Origin: Paramecium tetraurelia
Lineage: Eukaryota
Length of the DNA stretch: 64,000 nucleotides
Assembly (NCBI GenBank): GCA_000165425.1
Contig: CT868017.1
Coordinates: forward strand, 62,001-126,000
Direction of reading: 5' to 3'
The notes under the pieces were generated by a model. The model was not told the DNA's origin. It searched no databases and saw only the letters and a list, made by a program, of their open reading frames with translations. Each line of letters starts with the position of its first letter. Position 1 is the stretch's first letter. Made by a program: the position numbers and the translations under genes. Positions 26,183-39,220 of the stretch are shown here, piece after piece.

Positions 26183-29100
26183 ATGTCAGAAGACCAAGTT
26201 AACGAAACCAATAATGTATGTGAGTCTTAAAAACCTGTTGATATTTAAGGTGATCCACCATTAATTGATCAAAAAGTAACTCAATCTACTTATGGAAATG
26301 ATGATGTACCTATTGGCAAATCTTAAAACAAATAAATGTTTGACGAATTTCCACCTGAAGGTTTCGTCCCTAAAAAGCCAGCACCTAAAAAGGCAGCCAA
26401 AAAACCAGTGCAAGCTCCTCCTGTTGAAAATGATGAACCTAAAGTTGTAATTAACCCTGATGATATACCGATTAAATAAGCAGGAGCAAATGTAGTAGAC
26501 GAATAGCCTGTTGGTGGAGGCAACAAATTTGCAATTAGCGAATATCCTGAAGGAATGGAAGGAGGAGGAGAAGAAATGCAATAGACAGTCCTCCCATTAG
26601 CTTAGCGCTTGAAGTCAAAAGCATGGAAATTAAGACAAAGTGCTTTTGAGGAAATGGCAGAACTGTTTCAAAAAGACGAATCTGTTGATGAATACTACGA
26701 AGAATGGCCTAAATTAATCAATGACAATAATCCTGGAAGTTAAGAAAAAGCTTTGATAGCCCTTTAAATATTTATTGCTAAGTCTAACAAAAACTAATTT
26801 GCAGCTAGATTTGATGCTAAAGACTCTATTAGAATGTTAATTGATAAATGCATAGCACCAGGGAAGAAATAAATAGTCAAACTTAGTTATGAAATTTTAT
26901 TTGATATTTTTGAAAGAAGAGACAAGTAAGAAATGTTTGATGTAGTTATTGAAATGTTGAAAAACAAAGTGCAAAAAGTATAATGTGCTGCCATTCAAAG
27001 CTTAGTTGAACTATTGACTACATTTGGTCCTAAGAGATTAGATTATTTGAAACCCTTTTTTCCAGAAATTGAGAAGTTATCTCAATCTACGGTTTCTTCA
27101 ATTAAGACTGAATGCATGAACTTTTACAAGGAAGCACACAAATGGTTGGGCGAACCAATTTTAGCCCCCTTCATTAAAGGATTAAAAAAATTGCAGTTGG
27201 AGGAATTAGAGAAATTTCAAAAAGAATGGCAACCTGTTCCAATGGTGCCAACAAGAGGAGGAGATGCTGTAACTGTTGGACAAGGAGGTGGAGCTAATAA
27301 TGGGTTAGATGCATATGATTTGGTTGATGCAGTTGATATCTTCAATAAATATAATGAAAAATGGTGTGATAAGGTCTTGGCCTAGACTAAATGGAATGAA
27401 AAACAAGCCTTGTTAGAATAACTGTTAAAAGAGGCAGCTACTCCTAAACTAGCTCCTGGTAACTATGTCCCAATGATTGCTATGATTAAAAAGCTATTGG
27501 TGGATTCTAATTAGGTAATAAATGTATGTGCTATTAAATTATGCGGAGCCTTTGTTAAGGGTCTTAGAAAAAACTTTATTGCTTAAGCAAAACTTCTGTT
27601 CCCTCTTTTGATGGTTAAATTAAGAGAGAAAAAAAATATTTGCTAAGAAGCAAGAGCTGCTTTGGAATTATTTCATTACTGTTTATAAGTGGAAGATGTT
27701 GTTGAAGATTTCAAGGAAGGACTTGCTGACAAAAATCCTTAAATGAGAACTCAATGTCTGCTATTATTTGCTAAACTTGTTTAATTGAAAGGATTTCCAC
27801 AAGGAGCACCTAAGCCTAAATTTGTAGATTGTGTCAAACAAATATTACCATTAGCAAAGAAACTAATTGAGGATAGTGTTCCAGATGTAAGGGAGGCATC
27901 CGTATAGAGTCTAGGCACTCTGAAACCTTATCTGTCAGACTAATTAATTAATTCCTTTTATTCAGATATTGGATAATAAAAATTAAGCAAAATCAATGAA
28001 ATCTCAGGTCAAATTGAAGAGGAGAAGAAGAAGGAATAAATTAAAAAGTAACCTCCATAAACTAAAGAATAATAATCAGCTTCGTAAATTCAACAATCTA
28101 CTATACAAAACAATTCAATACAATAGGGAACTGCCAAGAAACCTCCACTTTATTCAAAAAGTAACATTGTCATTACTGAACAACCAGATTAAAGTGTGGA
28201 TCAATTAGAAAATTAATTAAGAGGTTATGGAGTTGATGATCAATTCTTTGAGAATATAAATGGTATGGCTAAATTAAAGGCTGAAGCAATTAAAATGCTT
28301 GAAAATGAAACAGATGTTATGCAAAATCATTTTGAAGACATATTGAACTTCTTAAGATTCAAATTGAAGGATTGGAAAGAAGCAAATCTTTCAATCAACA
28401 AGGAACTGTTCTCTATTTTAATCTATGCCAACAATTTGGACCCTAAGCCTTTTACTCAAAAATCATTTTAGCCTTTATGCAAACTACTGGTAGAAAAAAT
28501 GACTGATTCCAAATTTAGAGAAGATATCTATATCATTTTGAAGGGATGTTGTGAATGCGTCAATCCAAAATATATCATATTGTATTTGATGACTTAAGCT
28601 GTGCCAAAGGAAGACAAGGAAAGTGGTAAAGTTGTGATTGTGCCACCTTAAAAGACTGGCGAAGTAATTAACAATATTTCAAAGATCATTGAAATAGTTA
28701 CTATTCGAAATGTCCCCACTAAAGAAATTATAGATTTCGGCAAAGAATAATTGCAATCAACAAATGCTATTGTCAAGACTTCTTGTGTAGAACTGTTTAA
28801 GACTATTTATAAGTATATTGGTTAAGAGTTACTTTAATTTTTATCAGATGTTTAGCCACCAACTATGAAAACACTAAACTCTGAATTCGAAAAAATATCA
28901 GTGTTAGCCTCTTATGAACCTACAATCACTTTTACAGGAGAAGCAGCTAAAGAATGTGGAGTAATACAATCTCAACCCTTATCTTAATCAATTATGCAAT
29001 CTACATAATCATCCATTAATGATAACTTACCAAGAGCTGACATTTCAAACTAGTTATAATCAGTCTTAAAGAAAATGGCTGATGTCTAATGGAATAAGAG

Positions 29101-32100
29101 AAAGGAGGGAATTGAAGAATTAGATAAAATATTAACACTCAATAATAATAGAATCTAAATAAATGGATTACACGATTTAATCAATATGTTAAAACAAAGA
29201 TTGAGTGATAACAATAAATAATTAGTTAGACCTATTGTACAAATTGTGGGTAGAGTTGCCGAAGCTTGTGGAAAAGATTTTAAATCCTCAGGCAAGTAAT
29301 TAATTTAACCACTAATTTCTATTCTTAGTGATAAATAAGTATTAGTTAGGTAGGATGTTGTTGCTAGTTTAGATAAATTTTGTATAGCCATTGGAATTGA
29401 TTAAGTAGTTTTGTAAATGCCTCCTTATTTATAGATGGAGTCTATTGAGTTGAAATAAGAAGTTTTGTTATTCATTATGAAATACATTGAAGCTTTACTT
29501 AAAATAGATTACAAACCATTCATATTACCATTAATTAATTGTCTTTGTGATAGAGTAAAAGAAGTTAGATAGGCAGCCGAATAAGTTTGTGAAAGAATGG
29601 TTGAAGATGTGGGCACAGATCCATTTTTAAATTAAATGAAAGATCTAAAGCCTGCAGTTGTTTAGTAAGTGAGGCTATTCTTCGCTAAATTTGGGATGGG
29701 CGAGAATTAGAAGACACTTCAAAAAGAACAGGGAAAACACCAAAAGGAAAACAATAATAATTACAATAAAGTTAGTAATAAGACATCAGAAATATGAAGA
29801 GAAATTTAACTACAAAAGATTTACAAAATGATTTAAATACTTCTCAAGAACCAAAATAAAGAAATGAAAGAACTCCAAATAAATCATTACATCAAAAATC
29901 TCTCAAAACTTTACCATAAGATAATACTCCTTTAAGACAATAAAAAGAAAAGGCAGTCTTCTAAGACAACAACAGTTTAATTGCAAAAAGTTCAAGCATT
30001 AAGGAAATGAAATAACTAAGAATGCAATCAGACTCAGTATAATCATGGGCTAATGATTGCTTTCCAATTAGCACATTTAGTGATCTCTATGTTTGTTTAA
30101 GAGAGGATCTATACAATAATCTGATGTCATACAATTATAAGGACGTTATGAAAGGCTTATAATAATTGATGACTGTTTGGAATGATCCTGAATAAAAATC
30201 AGATATAATTGAATTAAGTGATTTACTTCTCAAGTTTGTGCTTGTTAAAATATATGGTTGTTCTGCCAATCAACTACTGATGAATGCCTTGATTAGCTTC
30301 TTAGATGCCTTCTTTTAAACAATCTCAAAAGCAAGGTATATCTTAACTGAAGTAGAATAAATCGTGACAATCTCCATTATAAGAGAATTGATCTACGCTG
30401 GAGTTGATGTCCATCTAGAATTAATACAAAATTTACAATATGTATTCTCAGTTGTGATAATGTTGGAAAAACTTCTGCAATTATTAAAAATTAATCCTTA
30501 AGTTATGCATCCATTTTTAATTGATTAAAGGGATAGAATTAATACTCAATTATGCAATTTAATCATCTAAGGTTAATTGGTCAGATACTTTCCTTAGGAT
30601 CTATTCCAAGAATATTCATAATATCTCACTAAAGAATTACAAAATGAACTCGTAGCTTTACATGGATATCATTCTATTAGAAGATACAATTAATAATAGT
30701 AGCCAGATTAACAATAATAATAACCATCATAATTATAATAATAATAACAAGTGGTTTAATCAACCTAGTAATAATAATAATAATAATAATATTAAACTGG
30801 GAAATAACCAATTATATAAGGTATTGTACAATTATAATCGGCAAAAGATCCAAGATCACAGTACTTCTTGTAAATTTTAGATTCTCTTCTTAGTTAATAA
30901 ACCTCTCAAAATATAGAATCTTTAATGTAAATTAGCGATTTGCTTACCCAAAACATTTAATAAAATTAATAATTATTTGTTGATAATGCTGAGGCAATTT
31001 GCAAATGTTTTCAGACTTTATTATAAAATACTTTTAACTAAAGAGAAACATACCCTGCTTAGTTTATATAGTTCTTCTTATAAGCATTGAATAAATTGTA
31101 TTAGCTAAAGGCTTATGTAAATTAATTACCATATGAACTATTATGTGGATTTACTGAAGAGATTATGCTTAGGTTGTTATTGGAAGACGAATTGAAGAAT
31201 CAGTAAGAAAATGGAGATGCTATTAAGCAACTTAATTCTACTATTCTTCGTATCTTAGAAAACACTAGTTAAGATATCATGTTTTCTATATTGTTTGATG
31301 TATTGACCAAGCATAGGCGTAGAAGCAATGCATAAAAAATGATAGATTTGCTAGTTAAATGCATAGCTAGATTAACTGTCAAAATCGAATAAAATAGTAA
31401 TATTAAGATTGAATTACTCCTTCTTAAATTTCATAATTATTTAAATGAGTTCTCGCTGAGTCCGAATTTCGCTCTTGATGAAAAAGGAGTTAAGACCATA
31501 AAAGTTGTACTTTAATAGTTGGTTAAGATTAAAGGAGAAAGAATTTGGGAAAATTATCATTTAGTTAGCAGAAGTACCTAATAGGATCAATATTTAAATA
31601 AATGGATTCAAGCATATTTAGGTAATCCTACTTTGTAGAATGCATAACAAGAAAATAATCTTCCCGATCAAGAACTATAATAAATAATTGACATGTTAAG
31701 AACACCTTCATTATTAGATGGAGGCATTCAAAAAATGGTAGAAAAAATTAAGAGAAGTCCAAGTATCATATTTTAAATAACGTAGATATCTAATGGCAAA
31801 AGTATGTCCAAGATTAATAAATCTAATTACTTATATAGTAGTAATTGACAAATGGATAAATATCCAATTAGGGAGGTTACATGAGTACTTAACCTTCATT
31901 ATAATATTCTTAGTTATAACAATTACCCCTATCATAATCATAATTATAGTAATCTTAACTCTCTGTTAAACCTTAGTTATAATAATAATAACAATAATAA
32001 TAATAATAACAACAATAATAATAGTAATAATAATAATAATAATAGTAATAATAATAATAATAATAAATTTTACAGCAATTACCTACTTACTCAAGAACAA

Positions 32101-32363
32101 CACGAGCAGCTGATCCTTAATAATAATTTAATGATTCTTTTGGTGTTTAATCATTCAATCAATACATGTCTGTTAATTAATATCAAATGAATTAAAATCA
32201 AATCGGATAATAATAATAATAATAATAAAATGTAAAAACTCCAGAGTACTTAATGTAAAAATTAACAGATATGAAAAATAAAGTTCAAACTCTAGTAGGT
32301 CCAAATAATGTATAATAAGCATAAAATCCTAGATAATTTCAAAATAATCGTATGCCTTAATGA
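26183..32363 (+). CDS. CKAP5: XMAP215/Dis1/ch-TOG microtubule polymerase
   Basis: TOG HEAT-repeat signatures PLAQRLKSKAWKLRQSAFEE, DAYDLVDAVDI...KWNEKQALL, LPRADIS...DVQWNKRKEG, DWKEAN. Poly-Q C-terminus. About 2000 aa. Confidence 0.93.
31980..32066 (+). repeat. Poly-glutamine tract (29 TAA/CAA/TAG codons) in XMAP215
   Basis: Uninterrupted in-frame Gln codons. A second Q-rich tract lies at about 30690-30790. Confidence 0.9.
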
Positions 32364-33189
32364 TTATTAATTATATTTCATAATTTATTATTCTAAAATT
32401 TGATTTGAATAATTTAATCTTATACTATATAATTTAAAAAAATTAATCTATTCATAGTCCCTGTACAGCTTATTATAGTATTTGATCTTCAGTTCTAACA
32501 GTTGGCTAAGTTTAATTATAGAACTCTTTACTAATTAACATAAGTAATTAAATTTATGAATTTTTTGTTAGTCATAGAATAATTACAAAATTAGTCATTA
32601 AAATTTAGATTTTTTTAAAATTATAAATAAAAATTTGATAAATCGGAATTTTATCTTTGATATTAACAGCTTTAAACAACCTAACTTTAAATATTAATAT
32701 TTCTACTGATATATGCATAGGTATTTAAGATATTATAATTTGTTTAACTATTTGAGATTTCTTATAAAATTAATAATTTTAATAAATCAAATTTAAGCCA
32801 AAAAAATAATATCCAAGAAAGAATCAACCATGATATAACTAAAAATAAGAACATGAGAAGGAATTAATCTTATTTCAATAGCAAAATTTGGATTCCTCTA
32901 AATAGGATAAATTAGGGATAATTCACTTTAAATTCAATAATTCTTTTGAAAAATATACAATTGTTGAAATAATAAATATATAAATATTTTAATATATCTT
33001 TAACTTTTTTGTAAATATTAACTAAGTCTACAAATATTTTTTATCTTATTTAATAGTTTAAGATTCTCCACATTCCAAAACTGTAAACTTGATTTCAGAT
33101 GTTTATTCCTAAAGTAAGGGATTTACACAAAAATAAAAATAGTTATAAATTATCATTATAAATATAAAAATAAAAATAACAGCTTAATT

Positions 33190-34026
33190 ATGACTTAGAA
33201 TCTCTAGGACTATGCTTAATAATTAGTGAATATCTCAATATCAGATGATGAGGGGATAATTGATTACTCACCAATGAAATAATCTAATTTTTAAAATGTT
33301 ATTACGTAAGGTTAACCATCTGGAAAAAAATCATTAGCAGCTTCAGTCAAACCGAAGTCTACTGCTTCAAAATCAACAAAAAGTATGATAACCAAGTATG
33401 ATTTAAGAATCAAGCGGAATTAAGTCAACTAAGGATAGGGCTAAGGAAATGAAAGAGCAATTTGAGGAATAGGCGAAATAACTAAAATGGTATTAGGAGG
33501 AGTATTAACGATTGAAGGAGCAAAAAAAATATTTAAAAGAAGAGAAGACTTAATAAGTATTTGTTTGATAATTGAATAATAGCTTCTAATGATTAATACA
33601 TATAAAACAAAATTAGAGTAGAGTATAGGAAATGAGAAGAAACTTCATTAATAATTGAATGAATAGATGAATGTTACAAGATAAGCATTAAAATAGTCAA
33701 GTGATGCTCAAATAACTTTGGAGTAGAACAAATAAAATTACTTACAATAATAATAAATGGAAGACTTGGTCAGATAGAGGTAAAAGGAGGAATTAGAATA
33801 TTAATATCAAAAGAAGCTTGATCAATCAGTCAAATAAGCAATTGCTGATGCAGAAGGTAAATACGAATTGAGAATTCAATAAATGAACAGGGAACTAGAT
33901 GTTTTGAGATAAGAAAATATTGAACTTCACAAAAAACTAATGTAAAATGAAACAAACAAAAAACATATTTATGTTTAAAGCGAATTAGATTAGTTGAAAA
34001 CTAAGTACTTAACTACAAAGGGATGA
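33190..34026 (+). CDS. Hypothetical coiled-coil protein
   Basis: MTQNLQDYAQQ..., one inferred 25-nt intron, E/K/Q heptad-rich body, TGA at 34024. Confidence 0.7.
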
Positions 34027-34244
34027 TTCATATTTAAGTTATTATCATTAAGCATTAAATTGTTACTGAACTAAATAATCTAAATAATTTTTATTTGCTA
34101 AGTTGCTGATTTTGTTAAAATTATTTTATTAATTATCACAATATCTTAATATAAATGTGAAGATTGATAAGTTATTTAAGATAGCCACTAAGTAGTTAAT
34201 TGTGGGATTCAAATGCTAGATTAATAATTGTGTATTTTTATATT

Positions 34245-36553
34245 TCATTTTTTAAGACCACTTTAAGGTCTTCTAGCATTTTTTTTTAATGCTGATTATA
34301 ATCGAACTTTATTTGGATTGGATGGAGGATTCAATATGGCTTCCTTATTGATTATTGAAGGATCTTCAATGTAAACATTAGCTTGTTTTTCATTTTGTAT
34401 CATTTATTGTTCTTCCTTAATATTTATTAAAAGAAAGTTACTTCATCTTCATTCAAAGCCACATTTAAGACTTCTTAAATCTTTTATGAAGGTTCAAGAG
34501 AGAAATCTTCAGTCATTCTTTGTGGTAGATCTAGATCAGTCTGTAAAATGTTTTCTGGTCGACATCTAGGGTTAGCATCTCCAAAATTGATTGCCATCCT
34601 CGAAAAGTTACAAATTGGTCTCCTAAAGATAAATGCAGATGCTGGTTTTTTTAACGGATTTGCTTCAAACTCTTTAATAACCCAATCATCTTATTCTTCT
34701 GAAAATTCTAATTTTTCTTTTAATCTCTTTTCTAAATTAATAGTAATAATCAAATACCTTCATCTTCTGGGATGAAATGCTCAATTATAAGATTCATTAG
34801 ATTTAGCTATCTCAGAGATTCTCTATTATCCTCTATCAACTCTTCTTTCTATCTTTATCTAAATTAAGTCTATTCTTAAGCCTAACTTTTTAATTCTTTA
34901 ATTTTTTAGATAAGATTGTTTAATTTTTATGTTTTGGCTTCAATTTCTTCTTTGGTTGAATTATATTTCTATTCTTATTCCATTTGCATAGCTTCTTTCT
35001 TAGCCAATTCTTCAGCTTGTCTTCTGGCTTATTAGGATCTCTCTTCTAATTCCATTCTTGCTTTTAACAGATCCTTTTCTTTTTATCTTGATTCCTCTTT
35101 CATTTTATCTCCATGCAATAGTTACTCTTAAAGTTCCTAAAGTTTCTTTTGCATGTTTTCTTGTTCCTTTTTGAGATTATGCTCCAACTTCTATTTCTCC
35201 TTTAATTTCAATTATAATTGTTTTTTTTCTTCTTCTTACAATGTACTTTACCTTCTCTATTGCATAATTTATTATTCTAAATCAGCCTTTTCCTTTTAGG
35301 CCTTTTTTTACAATTCAGTTAGTTCTTCATCATCCTCAACTTCAATAACTTATTCTTTGATTTTTTAAATTTATCCATTTGGTCCAATAACTCCTCCAGC
35401 TTTTCTGGCTAGTTCATCCTTTAGTTTATTAATTTGTTCTTAAAATTCTCTAATCATAGCATCTTTAGGATCTTCATTAATTTTTGGGTTGTTTTGAATT
35501 TTCTTTGCTCTATTGGCATATCTGAGAGTGGACATTGTTTCATCAAAATTATAATCAGCTGGACCAATGTTTGCAACCATGACAGTCTTTGTATTACCTC
35601 CCAAAGAATCTTATAAAAGACGAGTCAATTTTGAATCTCTGTACGGAATATGTTGACTTTTTCCGTCAACCAAAGTTGTGATGACATTACCAAGTGTTGT
35701 TAAACTTAAGTTAATATTAATAGCCTCTTCAAATCTAACACCAACAGCTTGCGTCTTTGATTGTCTTTCACTACCAGCTAAATCAACAAGGTTCAATTTT
35801 CCTGATTTAATGTGTTATTGTTAATCTGCTCCAATTTCACTTGATTCAATTGTAAGTGTGAATATAGAGTGAGATCTAGAGGATTCTTAATTCATTTTAG
35901 TTTCACCAACCTTTCTATTGGCTCTACCAGCCTTTAACCATTCATTTAATTCAGCCACAGATTTTACGACTATTTTCGAGAGGTCCTTAACAAAGATACC
36001 TTACTCAGGCTTTTCTCTTAATTCTAGTTTTGTGAGATGATTCGGACTCAACAAATCCCTGACTTCCTCATTATAGAGTTCTAAATAGGAACATCTAACT
36101 AAGAATTGTATATTAGGAGTGCCTTCAATAACTTTGATTATGTGATCGAAAGTTCTGGGAGTGATACCTCTTTCATGAGGAGGATCATTCTTTCCTTCCA
36201 TGGTATGTGTTTTGCCTGTACCAGTTTAACCGTAAGCGAAGACTGTCCCATTATAACTATGATATATTTTTGAGTTACCCATCCATGACACTTTCAACAA
36301 TAGGCAAAGCTGTATTATTGTAAACTTATTCTTGTTATGAATTCAAATCGAAAACTTCATCAAAAACAAAAGTTCTTTATGCCTCATTGTTGTCTCCTTT
36401 TATATTTTAAATATTAATTTCTTTTCTTGATGTATCAACATCTACAATTCTCTTTCTGCCTTCTTCTATCTTAAAATAACCGATTTATCATACTTCTTTA
36501 CTTGACAATGGTCTTGCTCTAACAACCACCTTTACACATTCTTTTCTTTTCAT
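34245..36553 (-). CDS. KIF3: Kinesin-2 (KIF3/FLA10-like) motor subunit
   Basis: [73 protein letters not shown] neck, coiled-coil stalk. Confidence 0.95.
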
Positions 36554-37171
36554 ATTATTTATAAAAAATAATGTTTTTAAGTAGATAAATAAGTATGATA
36601 ATAAGTCTTTTGTCAAATTTATTATTAATTCATATATAGAAGTCTAATGAGTAATATTAACCCTCCCCTACTTTATTTTTTAGCTTAGAAAAATACTTAA
36701 AACAAGGTGAAAATTTATAAAAGAAATTAATTTGATAAATTTTTTATCATCTTAAAATAAATTGATTATACGATTTCCAAAATGATAATGCATTTAATCA
36801 ATTTTAAATAAGTGTATTATGATTGTATGTTCAAAGTTTCTTCAATCAAAATAGAAAGTGTTTAGGATTTAATTTGATATTGCCTTTTTGCGATTCAATG
36901 ATCATTAATCTGAAGCAATGTCGCAATTTTAACGAATTGTTCAAGAATGACATGTGTAATTCATTGAAAACCAGTTCTATTGAGGAATCCACAATTTGTA
37001 TTGTATAATGAGATTGGGAGGCCAATGTTCGAAGAACAACTGCTTAAAATTCATGTGTTGCGTTTTCATTGGCTGATTTTAAAAGAATTTGGATTTTTTT
37101 TCATTGAAATTTTAATTAAAACAAAAGTATTGAATCTCAATTTAAATAAGAAAATACATTAGCTTAAACAA

Positions 37172-37588
37172 ATGACAGATAAAAAGGTATATATATTAAT
37201 TAATAATTTGTTTAGGAAGCTCCACCTAAAAGACCCCAATGTGCCTTCTTTATTTACAAATAGGAGGTGTACTAATAAGTCAAGGATGCTCATCCCGGCA
37301 AGAAAATGACCGATATCACCAAGATCATCTCTGAATAGTACAAACAACTTCCAAAGGATAAAATTGATTAATACGAATAAAAATACAAAGACAGCAAGGC
37401 TATATTTGAAAAAGAAAAGAAGTTCTCATTTATATATATATTTTTATAGAGTCTATGAGGATAAATTCGGAAAAATTAAGAATGAGAGAAAGAAGAAGAA
37501 GGAAGATGGCAAGGGACCCAAAAAGGCCCAAAAGAAATAAAAGAAATAAGAGTCAGATGAAGATGAAAGTGGATCAGACGATGATTGA
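37172..37588 (+). CDS. HMG-box chromatin protein with basic and acidic tail
   Basis: EAPPKRPQCAFFIYKQEVYQQVKDAHPGKKMTDITKIISEQYKQLPKDKIDQYEQKY, tail KKKKE...ESDEDESGSDDD. Two introns. Confidence 0.9.
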
Positions 37589-37626
37589 CAATTCATATTT
37601 AATATAAATAATTATTTTTATTATTT

Positions 37627-39074
37627 ATGGGAGGATCTAAATCTAAATCTATAAAGAAACATGCAAAAGTGGCATTCACAGATTAAGAACTATAAGTCCT
37701 TGAAGTATACTTCGAGCTGCTGAAATGCCATGATTCTAAGTGAGTAAACTATCCTAATCACATAGTAACGGATTTCTGACATAGAAATCAATGCTTCCAG
37801 AATTCCCTGAGAATCCAGACTTCTCTGTTAAATTGTATAACTGGATGATAGAAAGATGTAAGAATAAATAAATTGATTATACCAATTTTGTCATCACATG
37901 TAATATTATAAATGTATTTCTTAAGTGGAACTCTTGCTTAAAGAATAGCAAGAATATTATCTCAGCGATTACAAATTTAGAGTTCTAGAGAAATTTGAGT
38001 TGTTTGCCTTGATTAGTTTGGGTTGTCTCGAAAATTCAAAGGAATCAATCAATAGGTATTTGCTATTTTCTATTCTAGATTCACAGTGAGTTATTCTCAA
38101 GGAACTATTGTTATTAAGGAGCTATTAAATATGTTCCATTACAATAAAGAAATAAAAAATAGTTAAAGAAATGATTTAGCGGCAAGAAGCGTTGCTAATT
38201 CTATTTTTGAATAAAAATCTTCTATTCCATTCAATTAATTTATAGGTTTAGTAAAATAGCAATTAATTTATGCAAATAAGATGTGCAAATAATATTTTAC
38301 TAAAAAATTTATTGATCCTTATCTACAATTTTAAATTCCTTAATTAACTTCCTCTAGTTTCATATTAAATGATTAAGTACTTGCTTTATTGCAAATGAGT
38401 TCTCCTGATTTCAATAGGATTAGCTTATTGGATTTGAAATTTTCATCCTCAGCCACAAATGACTTGGAATACATTACTGAAATCATTATAGACTCATAAT
38501 AGCCATTATTATTCCTATTTAGGAACAGAGAAGACGAATCATAAAATGATACATTTTAATAATAAGTTTTTGGAGCATACATTAGTATTGATGAAACCAT
38601 TGAAACTCATTTCATAAGGAAGAGGGAGAAGGATCCTATGGGTATGTATTTTTTCTAATATAATAGGAATCTTGTATAATCCAAAAGATTAAATATCCCT
38701 CTATTTTGGAGATGAAAAAAGTTTTCTATTCTCCTTGTTGCCCAAATATCAATTATTTATGAGTACTTTTGATGTCCAATCTAAATAATGTTTTGCTTAC
38801 ATAAATAATAGAGCATTCAATCTTAAAGTAGATCAACCATATGGACTTGGTTTCGGAGGCGATGGCAAAGGTAATTTTAGGATTTGGATTGATGAAAAAG
38901 TGAATGGAAATGCAAAAAATAGAATAAACAATAAATGTGATTAAACTTATGAAATGGGATATTTATTAGAGCCCCACATAGAATTTCTTAATGTAAAGCA
39001 ATTAATAATATCGATAGTTGACATCCATTGAAATTTGGGGAGTTAATTATGAGAAAAAGCATTAGAAAAAATGA
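37627..39074 (+). CDS. TLDc domain protein with N-myristoylation-type motif (MEAK7/TLDC1-like)
   Basis: MGGSKSK start. TLDc motifs QVFGAYI, YFGDEKSFLFSLLP, GLGFGGDGKGNFRIWIDE, IEIWG. Confidence 0.8.
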
Positions 39075-39220
39075 ATTCTATCACCTATTTTATTAAAAGC
39101 ATCTTAACATCATATAAACCATAATGAGTGTATTTGTTGAATAAAAAAATTTGAATAGAGTATTTTTTTCTTAATCTCATAAATTTATAATTAGAAATAT
39201 ACTTTTCTTTAATTAAATCA

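Noticed and set aside
30662..30880. Poly-Asn ORF or (TAA)n microsatellite as a non-coding repeat
   Set aside because: It is an off-frame reading of an in-frame poly-Gln tract within XMAP215.
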